From: Thermoplasmatota archaeon
GTDB lineage: Archaea > Thermoplasmatota > Penumbrarchaeia > Penumbrarchaeales > Penumbrarchaeaceae
Assembly: GCA_029762535.1 (NCBI GenBank)
Contig: JARVGK010000001.1
Coordinates: 32,368-96,367 of the forward strand
DNA length: 64,000 bases
Direction of reading: 5' to 3'
A model generated the notes under the pieces. That model ran no database searches. It was not told the origin of the DNA and was given only the letters and a program-made list of their open reading frames with translations. Shown here piece after piece: positions 18,575-29,000 of this stretch. Positions within the stretch are counted from its first letter, which is position 1. Each line of letters begins with the position of its first letter. The position numbers and the translations under genes were made by a program.

Positions 18575-18940
18575 TTGATGAGGGACAGGGACGAGCCCGA
18601 GGACGACATCGTGGAGACAGAGGTAGAAGGCCCCAGCCAGGGGGAGTACGTCAGGGTACGCCTGCCCAACCGCAGGAAGAACGAGCAGTTCGGGGTCATA
18701 GACCAGGCCCTTGGCGGAGGCCATCTAAGGGTGTTCTGTCAGGACGGGAAGATGCGGATGGGTCGCATCAAGGGCAAGCTCAAGAAGAGGATGTGGATGA
18801 GAGAGGGGGACATGGTGGTCCTGATCCCGTGGGAGTTCCAGGACGAGAAATGCGATGTCACCTACCGCTACACCAGGATCCAGGCCCAGAACCTCGCAAG
18901 AAGGGGCGTCGTCCCAAAGCACATGGAATCCCTGCTCTGA
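18575..18940 (+). CDS. eif1a: translation initiation factor 1A (aIF-1A)
   Basis: ...EGEYVRVRLPNRRKNEQFGVIDQALGGGHLRVFCQDGKMRMGRIKGKLKKRMWMREGDMVVLIPWEF: S1-like OB fold of eIF-1A. Confidence 0.9.
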   Translation: MMRDRDEPEDDIVETEVEGPSQGEYVRVRLPNRRKNEQFGVIDQALGGGHLRVFCQDGKMRMGRIKGKLKKRMWMREGDMVVLIPWEFQDEKCDVTYRYTRIQAQNLARRGVVPKHMESLL

Positions 18941-18970
18941 GGAAGCACAAGTATTATTCACCCCCGGCAC

Positions 18971-19792
18971 ATGCACCTGGCCGTGGAAAAGGAAGATATC
19001 TACTCGCTCATCGAGAGGAAGTTCGACAGAAGGAAGAAGACCGGAACCCGCCTCGTTGATGCGGACCGGTTCAAGACCTACGACGAGGTATTCGACCACC
19101 AGAACCTTCAGCACATATACCGTTTGATGACCAGGGGCGACATCGAAACCCTGGAGTGCCCAATCTCCACCGGAAAGGAGGCCAACGTTTACAAGGCAAA
19201 CACCGAAAGCGGCATGGCGGCGGTCAAGATATTCAGGACTGCGACCTCCACGTTCGGAGCGTTCATGGAGTACATCGACGGGGACCGCCGCTTCAAGAAC
19301 ATAGACCGGTCGCACAGGGGCATAATATACACATGGGCCAGGAAGGAGTTCCAGAACCTCTCGATCATGCAGAGGGAAAATATTCGGGTGCCCTCTCCCC
19401 GGGCGGTCTTCAAGAACGTCCTCGTCATGGACCTAGTCACCTACGATGGACAACCATCTCCCCAGATAAGGGTCATAGAAGCGGATCCGGGGCATTGGGA
19501 GGAACTCTGGAAGTGGGTGAAACGGACGGTCGGATCCCTCGTGAAGGACTGCGGGCTGGTCCACGCTGATCTGTCGGAATACAACATACTTTACGACGGA
19601 GGGCCCGTTCTCATAGATGTGGGCCAAGCTGTGGACGTAGGCCATCCATCCGCTTTTGAGTTCCTGAACAGGGATGTGAAAGTGATCTCCGCCTTCTTCG
19701 AGAGGAAGGGGATCGAAGGCGCGAGGGCGGAGGCGCTCAAGCTCGCAGGCAAGCTCATGCCCCCAAAGAACGATCCCCGCCAAGGTTTATAA
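18971..19792 (+). CDS. rio1: RIO-type serine protein kinase (Rio1)
   Basis: STGKEANVY (P-loop-like), LVHADLSEYNIL (catalytic loop), IDVGQAV (metal-binding); conserved aIF1A-RIO synteny. Confidence 0.9.
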   Translation: MHLAVEKEDIYSLIERKFDRRKKTGTRLVDADRFKTYDEVFDHQNLQHIYRLMTRGDIETLECPISTGKEANVYKANTESGMAAVKIFRTATSTFGAFMEYIDGDRRFKNIDRSHRGIIYTWARKEFQNLSIMQRENIRVPSPRAVFKNVLVMDLVTYDGQPSPQIRVIEADPGHWEELWKWVKRTVGSLVKDCGLVHADLSEYNILYDGGPVLIDVGQAVDVGHPSAFEFLNRDVKVISAFFERKGIEGARAEALKLAGKLMPPKNDPRQGL

Positions 19793-19821
19793 ACCGATCC
19801 AGGTTATGGGTCGTCGGGTAG

Positions 19822-21288
19822 GTGCGAACTATGCCGGAAGAAGAAAGCAGGAAGGTCGTCCTTGACAGGAGCGACTTCGGCACCTGGTACAACGATGTGA
19901 TAGAGCTCGCCAACCTCAGCGACAAGAGATACCCCATAAAGGGCATGAACGTCTGGACCCCTTACGGCTGGAAGATAATGCGTCTCATAGACTCTGCCAT
20001 AAGGAGGGAGTGCGATGCCACCGGACATGGCGAGGTCAACTTCCCCCTTCTCATCCCGAAGACTGAGTTCCAGAAGGAGGCCGACCATATAAAAGGCTTC
20101 GACTCCGAGGTCTACTGGGTCACGCACGGTGGCCTCGATGAGCTGGACGTGCCCCTGCTGCTCAGGCCAACATCCGAGACCGCGATGTACCCGATGTTCT
20201 CGCTATGGGTCCGGTCCCACAACGACCTCCCGCTCAAGACCTATCAGATAGTGAACACGTTCAGGTACGAGACCAAGATGACCAGGTCGTTCATAAGGGT
20301 CCGGGAGATACACTTCTTCGAGGCCCATACCTGCCATGCCGATGCCGAAGACGCCGAGCGGCAGATCAGGGAGGACTGCGCGATAATGGACAGGGTCGCC
20401 AGGGACCTCTGCCTTCCCTATCTCCTGGTCAAGCGCCCGGACTGGGACAAGTTCGCGGGCGCGGTTTACACCATCGGCGTGGACACGGTGATGCCCTCCA
20501 TGCGCACGCTGCAGCTGGGGTCTATCCACCAGTATCACGAGAACTTCTCCAGGCCCTACGATATCAAATACGAGGGGGCGGACGGGGAACATCACCACGT
20601 CCATCAGACCACGTATGGTATGAGCGAGAGGCTGGTAGGGGCAATAGTTGGCGTACACGGCGACGACAAGGGGATCATACTGCCTCCGAAGGTCGCCCCG
20701 ATACAGTTCGTGATCATCCCTATACTCGCAAAGGGCAAGACCGAGATGGTCCTCGAGGAGGCTCGACGGCTCAAAGAGGAGGTCTCAGCCATGGGGTACC
20801 GGGTCCATCTAGACGAAAGGGACCAGAGGCCCGGGTCCAAGCATTACGATTGGGAGATCAAGGGAGTTCCCATCCGGATAGAGCTGGGACCCCGCGATAT
20901 CGAGGCCGGCACTCTCGTATTCGCAAGAAGGGACCTGTCAACGAAGAGGACCGTGTCCCGATCCGATCTAAGGTCCGAGACAAGGCGCGCCATGGATGAT
21001 ATCGAGGTCGAGCTATCGGGCCGCGCCAGGTCCATTCTCGACAACGGCGTCAGGTTCGCTGGGTCCCCGGAGGAATACCGGAAGCTCTCCCATGAGGGAT
21101 GGGACGGCGTGGTCAAGGCCAACTGGTGCGGTGAAATGGGCTGCGCAGAGAGCATGGAGAGGGCCCTGGACCGGACGTTTTTGGGATACCCCCTGAGCGA
21201 CAGCGGCGAGGTTGAGACCTCTCCGGGTGGTTGTTACGAGTGCGGATCGCCGACGGACAAGATCGTCCTCCTCTCCAGGTCCTACTGA
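19822..21288 (+). CDS. proS: prolyl-tRNA synthetase, archaeal/eukaryotic type
   Basis: Class II motifs (FRYE...R, ...HQTTYGMSERLVGA...), C-terminal zinc-binding domain CGEMGC...CYECG; 488 aa. Confidence 0.95.
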   Translation: MRTMPEEESRKVVLDRSDFGTWYNDVIELANLSDKRYPIKGMNVWTPYGWKIMRLIDSAIRRECDATGHGEVNFPLLIPKTEFQKEADHIKGFDSEVYWVTHGGLDELDVPLLLRPTSETAMYPMFSLWVRSHNDLPLKTYQIVNTFRYETKMTRSFIRVREIHFFEAHTCHADAEDAERQIREDCAIMDRVARDLCLPYLLVKRPDWDKFAGAVYTIGVDTVMPSMRTLQLGSIHQYHENFSRPYDIKYEGADGEHHHVHQTTYGMSERLVGAIVGVHGDDKGIILPPKVAPIQFVIIPILAKGKTEMVLEEARRLKEEVSAMGYRVHLDERDQRPGSKHYDWEIKGVPIRIELGPRDIEAGTLVFARRDLSTKRTVSRSDLRSETRRAMDDIEVELSGRARSILDNGVRFAGSPEEYRKLSHEGWDGVVKANWCGEMGCAESMERALDRTFLGYPLSDSGEVETSPGGCYECGSPTDKIVLLSRSY

Positions 21289-21347
21289 GAATGTCGGTAA
21301 GGGCGAGGAACCAAAGTTTCAATAGGTCATAAGCCGATGGGAGAGCG

Positions 21348-21956
21348 GTGACGCCGATGTATTCCCTCGAGGAAGGCACAGCAGCGGTAAGGATCGCCAG
21401 AAGCGCCATCGAGAGGCAACTGGGGATCGAAGGGCCGGCCCCTCCCGTGGCCCCGGCCCCTTTCAAGGAGAAGAGCGGGGTCTTCGTGACATTGAACACG
21501 CATCCGGGAAGGGACCTTCGAGGATGTATAGGATATGCGGAACCGATAATTCCCCTCAGGGATGCCATAGTCGAGATGGCGAAGGCAGCGGCGACGAAGG
21601 ACCCTCGTTTCCCAAGGGTCAGGCCGGAGGAGATGGGGCGTATATGCGTCGACGTGACCATACTCACTCCTCCGGTCCAGATCAGTTACGGTGATGTGGA
21701 CGACCTGGTATCCCAGGTAAGGATAGGCAGGGACGGCCTCATCGCATCGAGGGGACCATACGGTGGCCTTCTGCTACCCCAGGTCCCAGTGGAATACGGA
21801 TGGGGGGTCGAAGAGTTCCTCTCCCACACCTGCATGAAAGGCGGCATGCATCCGGAGGAGTGGAGGCGCGGCACCGTGGATTTCAAGAGGTTCTCCGGAC
21901 AGGTGTTCGGCGAGCGATCACCCGGCGGCACTATCGAGGAGATGCCCCTGGCCTGA
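21348..21956 (+). CDS. AMMECR1-domain protein
   Basis: LRGCIGYAEP and GGLLLPQVPVEYGW: hallmark AMMECR1 motifs. Confidence 0.85.
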   Translation: MTPMYSLEEGTAAVRIARSAIERQLGIEGPAPPVAPAPFKEKSGVFVTLNTHPGRDLRGCIGYAEPIIPLRDAIVEMAKAAATKDPRFPRVRPEEMGRICVDVTILTPPVQISYGDVDDLVSQVRIGRDGLIASRGPYGGLLLPQVPVEYGWGVEEFLSHTCMKGGMHPEEWRRGTVDFKRFSGQVFGERSPGGTIEEMPLA

Positions 21957-21967
21957 GGTGGGTCCCG

Positions 21968-23296
21968 ATGTTCGATCTTGTGATAGAGGGCAGGGTCATT
22001 CGGGAAGGTTCTCTCCATGATGCCGCGATATGCATCGAGGAGGGGGTCATCAAGGAGATCAGGAACACCGCCACCTCCTCCTCGGGGGAGCGGGACGATC
22101 TCGGGCGCTTGCTCCTTCTTCCAGGTCTCATCGATACCCACGTCCATTTCCGTGACCCGGGACACACGGCGAAGGAGGATTTCTCCACCGGCACCGCATC
22201 CGCGGCCTTCGGTGGGGTGACCACGGTCCTTGACATGCCGAACAACTCCCCGCCGATAAGGGACATCAGGTCCTTCGCCGAGAAGTCCGTTGATGTGCGC
22301 AGTAAGGCCCATATCGATCACGGACTATACATGGGTCTGGACGAGGGGTCTTCCGCTGAGGAGCTTATCGCATGCCTTCTCGGGGGGGACCGGAGCGCTA
22401 GACCCTGCGCCTTCAAGGCATTCCTGGGCGAGAGCACCGGATCGTTGTCCTTCGGTCCGATCGGGGGCTTGAGCGCATGGACCTCCCTACTCTCCGGGAC
22501 CGGGAGCGTCCTCGCGATCCATGCCGAGGACGACTCCCTTTTCTCCAAGGCGGCAGCGGGCGAGGCGGACCCCGACATCCTGGACCGCCACGATCGCCGG
22601 AGGCCTCCCGCGGCCGAGGCCTCCGCCTTGCGCCAGGCCCTGAAGGCCGTGGGCCCGGCCTCCCAGAGCCTTCACGTCCTGCATGTGAGCAGCGAGGAGG
22701 GCCTGGGTGCCGTGAGAGGGTCGGGATGCACCCTGGAGGCCACGCCACATCATCTGCTCCTCGACATCAAATGGGGCGAGAGGAGCCTTGAGAACCAGGC
22801 GATGTGCAAGGTGAACCCACCTCTGAGAAGGACCTTGGACAGGGCGGCCCTCTGGAAAGCGCTGCTGGATGGCACGATCTCGACCCTGGGATCGGACCAC
22901 GCGCCACATCTGCCTTCCGAGAAGGAAAGGGGCATCCTCTCTCCATCAGGGATCCCCGGCGTGGAGACGATGGGGCCGCTTATGCTGCAGAAGGTCAAGG
23001 AGAGGAAGCTCCCACTGGAGAGGTTCATGGAACTTCTCAGCGAGGCCCCGGCCAAGCGTTTTTCAATGCCTGGAAAGGGGGCGTTGAAGCCTGGAATGGA
23101 TGCGGATATCGTCGTCATCGATCCGTCCTTTTCGAAGAGGATAAGGTCCGAGGACCTGCATTCCAGGTGCGGTTGGACACCGTATGAGGGTTTTGAGGGC
23201 GTATTCCCCATCAGGACGTATTCGAGGGGCGAGCTGATCGTGGAAAATGACGTGCTCTGCTCCAAGGGAGGGAGGGGCAGGAACCTCTTCATTTGA
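21968..23296 (+). CDS. pyrC: dihydroorotase (cyclic amidohydrolase family)
   Basis: Start MFDLVIEG preceded by GAGGTGGG; GLIDTHVHFRDPG metal-binding motif; ~442 aa; the longer upstream ORF is an Arg-rich frame artefact. Confidence 0.8.
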   Translation: MFDLVIEGRVIREGSLHDAAICIEEGVIKEIRNTATSSSGERDDLGRLLLLPGLIDTHVHFRDPGHTAKEDFSTGTASAAFGGVTTVLDMPNNSPPIRDIRSFAEKSVDVRSKAHIDHGLYMGLDEGSSAEELIACLLGGDRSARPCAFKAFLGESTGSLSFGPIGGLSAWTSLLSGTGSVLAIHAEDDSLFSKAAAGEADPDILDRHDRRRPPAAEASALRQALKAVGPASQSLHVLHVSSEEGLGAVRGSGCTLEATPHHLLLDIKWGERSLENQAMCKVNPPLRRTLDRAALWKALLDGTISTLGSDHAPHLPSEKERGILSPSGIPGVETMGPLMLQKVKERKLPLERFMELLSEAPAKRFSMPGKGALKPGMDADIVVIDPSFSKRIRSEDLHSRCGWTPYEGFEGVFPIRTYSRGELIVENDVLCSKGGRGRNLFI

Positions 23297-23396
23297 TGAA
23301 GCACGTCTTTTTTTACCAGTAATTTTCGGGTCTTTTCTATTGAAGTAGAGGAATTTTTTAAGGAAAATTCGAATTTGACCCCTTTTGGGGCGCAGG

Positions 23397-23406
23397 TATT
23401 ATATAC
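23397..23406 (+). promoter_or_regulatory. TATA box (tattatatac) ~35 bp upstream of the S3Ae start
   Basis: Only strongly AT-rich element in the 140-bp spacer; preceded by GC-rich BRE-like ggcgcagg. Confidence 0.45.
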
Positions 23407-23438
23407 GGGGTCTGTATCGAGTTGTCGGAGGCCTGCCA

Positions 23439-24164
23439 ATGGCTAAGAAGCAGATATCCAAGGAAGCTAAGAAACTCAAGGACAAGTGGAAGTCGAAGCA
23501 GTGGTATCCCATTGTGGCTCCCGTGATGTTCAACAGGGTGCAGATAGGGGAGACCCTCTCCGACGATCCCGCAAAGCTAAAGGGCAGGACGATAGAAGTG
23601 ACGCTCCAGGACCTGACCGGGGATTTCAAGCTGATGCACGTCAAACTGAAGTTCCAGGTATCCGACTTCTCCACATCCGAGGCCTTCACCAGATACATAG
23701 GCCACGATCTGACATCCGACTACATCAGGCGTCAGACGCGGAGGAAGCGCACAAAGATGGAGGGCGTCTTCGACGTGACCACCAAGGACGGCTACAGGGT
23801 GAGGCTCAAGCCCATGGCCATCTCCGACAAGCGCATACAGAGCTCCGTTCAATACCTGATCAGGAACAGGATGATGGATGTCGTTAACCAGATAGGGTCC
23901 ACATCCACGTTCCCGGAGCTCGTCAGCACGGTGCTGACCTCCGAGAGGGAGAAGTCACTCTCCTACAAATTCGTCGATGAATGCCGCAAGATATACCCGA
24001 TCAAGAGGGTCGATATCAGAAGGATGGACGTTCTGAGCTATCCGGAGGTCGAGGCCACCGATCTAATATCGTCCATCGCACCGGTCCCCCCTCCCGAGCC
24101 CGAGGCCCCCGTAGAGCCCGAGCCTCCCATAGAGGAGGGGGCCCCAGCAACAGAAACGGCCTGA
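23439..24164 (+). CDS. rps3ae: 30S ribosomal protein S3Ae (eS1)
   Basis: MAKKQISKEAKKLKDKWKSKQWYPIVAP...; Pro/Glu-rich C-terminal tail. Confidence 0.9.
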   Translation: MAKKQISKEAKKLKDKWKSKQWYPIVAPVMFNRVQIGETLSDDPAKLKGRTIEVTLQDLTGDFKLMHVKLKFQVSDFSTSEAFTRYIGHDLTSDYIRRQTRRKRTKMEGVFDVTTKDGYRVRLKPMAISDKRIQSSVQYLIRNRMMDVVNQIGSTSTFPELVSTVLTSEREKSLSYKFVDECRKIYPIKRVDIRRMDVLSYPEVEATDLISSIAPVPPPEPEAPVEPEPPIEEGAPATETA

Positions 24165-24225
24165 TCCGAACCCATAAGAACTGGGCCGCATCGACCGTTC
24201 GAGCAGGTCTGGACTTTGAAGAGAT

Positions 24226-24236
24226 TAGTTTTTTAT
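24226..24236 (+). terminator. oligo-T tract (agttttttat) downstream of rps3ae
   Basis: T6 run ~65 bp after the stop in otherwise GC-rich DNA; archaeal terminators are typically T-tracts. Confidence 0.3.
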
Positions 24237-24310
24237 CCGAATAGGGCTTTAGGTGATCGGAGCGTGACACGGGTGGGGGCCCGTTCTCCTCTTATAGTGG
24301 TGGAATAGCC

Positions 24311-25462
24311 ATGGCCAACGATGAGGGACCAGGGAAAGCGGCGTCGAACGGAAACGGGTTCGGCGGTGAGGCCGCCAGAGACCAGCATTCGGTGGCACGG
24401 GTGCACGTCGATTCCATTTTCGAGGTGGACCGTGATGGGAGCTTCAAGATCGTACCTGGGACCCTCGAGAGGATAACGGGTTTCTCAAGGGAGGAGCTTG
24501 AGCTTCTCACGCTCCCCAATGTTGTGATCCTTGAGGACCAGCCCCTGGCCATGAACGCCATAGAATCCGTTTTCGAGGGATCACCGCTCACCATCCAGGA
24601 GGTCTCGCTCATCTCGGAGGGAGGGGGATCGCGTCCCGTAGAACTGATAATGCTGCCAAAAAGACAGCAGGACAAGGTCTTCAGCGCCTGGGGGGCGGTC
24701 GTGGACACCGGGGACAGGATGGCACTGAAGGACCAGGTGGCGGCACTGAACGAAGGCCAGGAGCGCATGAAGGAGATGCTCAGGGATTTCGTCAATGTAT
24801 TGAGCAGGGACATAAGACAGCCATTGACCTCCATACTGCTCATACTGGAGATGATGGAATCGGGCCATTACGGGGAGATGGCCCAGACCTCCAAGGAGAA
24901 GACGAAGAAACTGATAGAAATGGTCGAGAGGATAAAGGATATACTTTCCGATGCCCTTGAGATGTCCAGGAGAATGGGCGGAGATTTCAGGTTCGAGCCC
25001 GGGGCCCTCTCATTGAAGGACACCTTGGAGGATGCCCTGAGGGCGAAGGACGATGTGATCCAGAAAAAGCGCATCAAACTCAAGAAGGCATACCGGGAGA
25101 AGGACACACTGGTGAACGCTGACAGGAAAGCAATATATCAGGTGGTCGAGACCCTCATCGGGAACGCTATCGCATCGACCCCTGAGGTCGGTGAGATCTC
25201 CATTGATATCGACTCGATCGACGGCTACCTGCAGGTCGCCATATCGGATTCGGGCGAGGGCATGGCCGACGATGTGATCGAGACGCTTTTCGACAGGTTC
25301 GACATCGACCCTGGAAGGGAAGGCGGGGTGATGTCCCTCGGCCTCGGTCTGTTCCTGTCAAAGAGGATAATAACCAAGCACGGCGGCAGGATATGGTGTG
25401 AGAGCTTCATAGGCCTCGGTTCCACATTCTTCTTCACCCTTCCCAGGGAAGGAGGTGGATGA
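24311..25462 (+). CDS. PAS-domain sensor histidine kinase-like protein (HisKA + HATPase_c); H-box residue is Arg
   Basis: HATPase_c N/G1/G2 boxes (IGNAI, ISDSGEGM, GLGLGLFLSKRI); H-box region reads FVNVLSRDIRQPLTSI where SHELRTPL is expected. Confidence 0.75.
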   Translation: MANDEGPGKAASNGNGFGGEAARDQHSVARVHVDSIFEVDRDGSFKIVPGTLERITGFSREELELLTLPNVVILEDQPLAMNAIESVFEGSPLTIQEVSLISEGGGSRPVELIMLPKRQQDKVFSAWGAVVDTGDRMALKDQVAALNEGQERMKEMLRDFVNVLSRDIRQPLTSILLILEMMESGHYGEMAQTSKEKTKKLIEMVERIKDILSDALEMSRRMGGDFRFEPGALSLKDTLEDALRAKDDVIQKKRIKLKKAYREKDTLVNADRKAIYQVVETLIGNAIASTPEVGEISIDIDSIDGYLQVAISDSGEGMADDVIETLFDRFDIDPGREGGVMSLGLGLFLSKRIITKHGGRIWCESFIGLGSTFFFTLPREGGG

Positions 25463-25829
25463 TATGGGTTCGAGCGTGATGATCGTCGAGGACAGGGAGG
25501 CGATCGCCTCGGTAATGATAGAGATGCTGGGGATCTCCGGATATAAGGTCGTCGCAACCGCAACGAACGGAATCGACGCGTTGGAGATGTATCGGACGCA
25601 CCATCCCGACATCGTTCTTCTCGACCTGGTCCTTCCGGACATCTCCGGCCTTGAGGTCGCAAAGGGCATATTGGATATGGACGGCTCAGCAAGGATAGTC
25701 GTTGTAACGGCACTTACAGGAGAGGGGATGTTGAAGGACTGCCTCGAGGCGGGATGTCGTGGTTTCCTCGTTAAACCCTACAGGATGGCGGAGCTTCTAA
25801 AGGCCATAGAGAAGGCCCTCACTGACTGA
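25455..25829 (+). CDS. single-domain response regulator (CheY-like receiver)
   Basis: MIVEDRE...VLLDLVLPDISG...VKPY; overlaps the kinase gene by 8 nt. Confidence 0.85.
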   Translation: MDDMGSSVMIVEDREAIASVMIEMLGISGYKVVATATNGIDALEMYRTHHPDIVLLDLVLPDISGLEVAKGILDMDGSARIVVVTALTGEGMLKDCLEAGCRGFLVKPYRMAELLKAIEKALTD

Positions 25830-25998
25830 ATCACCTCCCGTGGATCATGTGCGATCGCGGTCGGACAATCGCAAGACGGTTCACAATAATAATAAATATT
25901 ATACGTATGTTTATCGTCGGACCCCGGTCGCTTCGGCATCCTGGACGATGGGAGCGATGACCCTGCTATGGATATACGGGAGATGCTCCGTTCCGGGG

Positions 25999-26032
25999 AA
26001 AATATATAAGGCATCAAGTCCCATATATGCCA
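25999..26032 (+). promoter_or_regulatory. TATA-like elements (aaaatatataag / ccatatatgcc) upstream of the CARDB surface-protein gene
   Basis: Located 30-60 bp upstream of the 26061 start; AT-rich island 25884-25914 lies further upstream. Confidence 0.35.
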
Positions 26033-26060
26033 CATCGGAAGAAGAACAACGCCTCAAGGG

Positions 26061-29000
26061 GTGATAGATATCATGAAGGAAAAAATGCAAGGGAGCGCCA
26101 AGGCCATAGTATCTCTTTTCATGCTGGCTCTGCTGATCGTAATGCCATGGGGCATCACCGCGGATGCCAACGACCCTCAGCCGGCAGAGGTTCCGCCGAC
26201 AAGGGCCTGGCTCGACATCGCCATTGATGGGATCGAGAGGATCCAGAGCACTGTGTCGAACAATATCTATCCCGGTCAGAAGGTCGAATTGGCCGTACGC
26301 CTAGTCCATGATATCAGGCCGTATGTGAGCGATACCCCGATCACGAACTCCAATCCATTCACCGTGGTTATTGTCATCGACGATGACAAGGGGAACGTGT
26401 CGACAATGTACAAGCAGATCACCAGCATGCCTCTGACCTATACGGCAATGGATCCACAAACAGGCATGCCGAACCCTCTCTTCGTCTCATTCTTCTGGAC
26501 CGCTCCAGATAAGGCACCCCAGGGGTATTCATGGGCACAGATGAGCTATTCGGTCTATTCCACCATCACGGTCGATGACGACGACAAGTCCGACAATTTC
26601 AGGACGGGCTCGGCCATCAGGATCTCCGAACCCGACTTCCAGCCCCGGATCCATCAGGAGGACGAGACCAAACCTGGCGTCACCAGCAAGGTCCACGACG
26701 TCTCTCTCGGAGAGGCGGTGTTCCTTCCGTTCGACCTTTGGAACGAAGGTCCGGCAGTGGACATAATCGGCATAGAATACATGTCAATTCCCGAGGGTTG
26801 GGTTCCCTCGCCCTTCGAACCCATCGAGGTGTTCCCGAACAACTATCAGGAGATGAACCTCGCCCTTCTCGTTTCCCCCAACCCCGTTCTTGCCCAGCAC
26901 GACCTGACCTACGACCTTGTTGTCAGGCCTTATTCCACCTTCTTCAAGGAGGGCCCCTATAACATAGACCCGACCTACACGTTCAAGTTCAAGGTAAGTC
27001 TGGCGCCCGCATGCGTCATAGACCCTGCGACCCCCTCGATGATGCTGGTCCCAGGTATTAAGACCGACGTCCACTTCACTCTGAGGAACACCGGCAACGC
27101 CCGGGACACCTACACCCTTTCCTGGGCCCTGGACGAGAGGGCCAGCAAGGAATGGAGGGTCGATTTCAAATCAGGGATAGGCCAGCCTACCGTATCACCG
27201 GGCGAATCGACCCAGGTCACCGTTGGTGTCACGGTCCCCATAAACACGGCGAAGAACCAGAACGTTCAGCTTTTCATCAAGGCCGAATCGTCCAGAAGGC
27301 AGGGGATGATAACGACAAGTACACCCTGCGTGATATTCGCGGCCGAAAGATATGCCGCCGACATCGAACGTCAGACGGAGCCCCACCTGGTAGAGCCCGG
27401 AAGGGAGAACCGAATAACCTTCAACTTCACCAACATGGGCAACGACAAGGACCCCAACCAGGCCCTCAGGGTCCAGTCCGCTCCAAAGGGTTGGAAGGTG
27501 TTCATAGACCAGTCCCCCCTGAAAACGGGTAACGGGCTGGGCCCAAGGACCAGAACAAGGGTGACGATGACGATATTCGTGCCCGAGACCTCCACGACAT
27601 CATACAAATCATCCAGGCCTCCGTTCGTAATGGTACAGGCGGTGGGAGGGCCTTACCTGAACATACTCGATACCGAGCAGTTCTTCTTCGAGGTCCCTCT
27701 CAAGAACAGGGTCGGCCTCAGCTCGGACGATCCGATCAAGACGGGCTTCGTCGGTGGCCAGACCGAATTCATAGTTTATGTCCAGAACAAAGGCAACTGG
27801 GACGATACCTTCAACCTGACCACGGACTTCGAGTGGGCGGACCTTGAGATGGACCGAACGCCCCCCCTCTTCGCGAACGATTCCATCCCCGTCAGGATAG
27901 TCGTCAGGATCCCCTCTGACGCCGCAGCGGATACGAACCCGGACACGCCCAGGATCCTCGACGGATACAAGATACGCGTATTCGCCTACTCCCAGAACGA
28001 GACCCGAAAGGGAGCGACCCTGGTCAGCCTCGATCTGACCCTGAAGGTCGCCCCATTCTACAGCTTCGACATGGCGCTGGCACCCGGTGAGAGGCCACTC
28101 AGGTTCTCCACGGACCACGATCAGATCCGTGTCCTCAAGGTGAGGATTAGGAACACCGGGAACATAGCTGACCTGATACGCCTGGAATGGGAGGATAATC
28201 CCTTCTCATCCTGGATATTCCTGCAGAACGTTTACGTGGATGTGCCGTACAAGGACCATTTCGACGCATTGATCACAATAAGGCCCAAGGCCTTCACGGT
28301 CGCAGAGGCGCAGATCATCTCGATGAACCTGATCGGATACTCGCAGTACGATACCGAAAGGATACCGTTCAGATCGAACATATCTTTGGATCTCGAATTC
28401 TTCACGTTGATGTTCGAGATCAACCAACCCCGAATGAACAATCAGACCATTCAAGTGGCAGGTACCAGGGTCGAGCTCGATAAGAAGTACTCCTTCCAGG
28501 TGGAGATATCGAACATAGGCACGGAGGACCTCAACCCGATATACATGGACAGGCTGTTCATAGTGCTGTATGACGCAGGCTTCGAGGTTGACAGGTCGAA
28601 CATCACCTACCTCCTCAGGGGGGGCGAGAGGACGGCCTACTTCGTTTGGTATGCCTCCACACCGGGGCAGCACATACTCACCTTCGCCCTCGAGGGAGAG
28701 TTACCCATAAGCAACCGGGGAGTGAACGAGAAGCAGACGAGCCTCATCGTGAATTATACCGCGGGGCCCCCGGATCCTCCGCCCAACATTCCCGAACTCA
28801 TCGATTTCATGCCGCAGATTCTGCTGATGATCATATTCGGACTGGCCATATTCGTGTTCCTCTACATGTTCAACAAGATATTCATCTCGGCCATAGACAC
28901 GGGATACGACGAGGACGGGACGTACAGGCCTTGGGCGGTCAGGGAGAAGCTGAAAGAGGAGGACCAGCTGCAATCAGCGCCCGAGAGGCCCGCGCTGCCT

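Noticed and set aside
21800-21967. 5' extension of the dihydroorotase ORF (MGGRRVPLPHLHERRHASGG...)
   Set aside because: The Arg-rich extension overlaps the AMMECR1 gene and has no homology expectation. The internal Met MFDLVIEG is preceded by a strong SD (GAGGTGGG) and matches DHOase N-termini.
22413-22909. Arg/Pro-rich ORFs on both strands within pyrC (e.g. 22413..22748 minus, 22477..22791 plus)
   Set aside because: Frame artefacts of GC-rich coding DNA; they overlap a gene with clear catalytic motifs.
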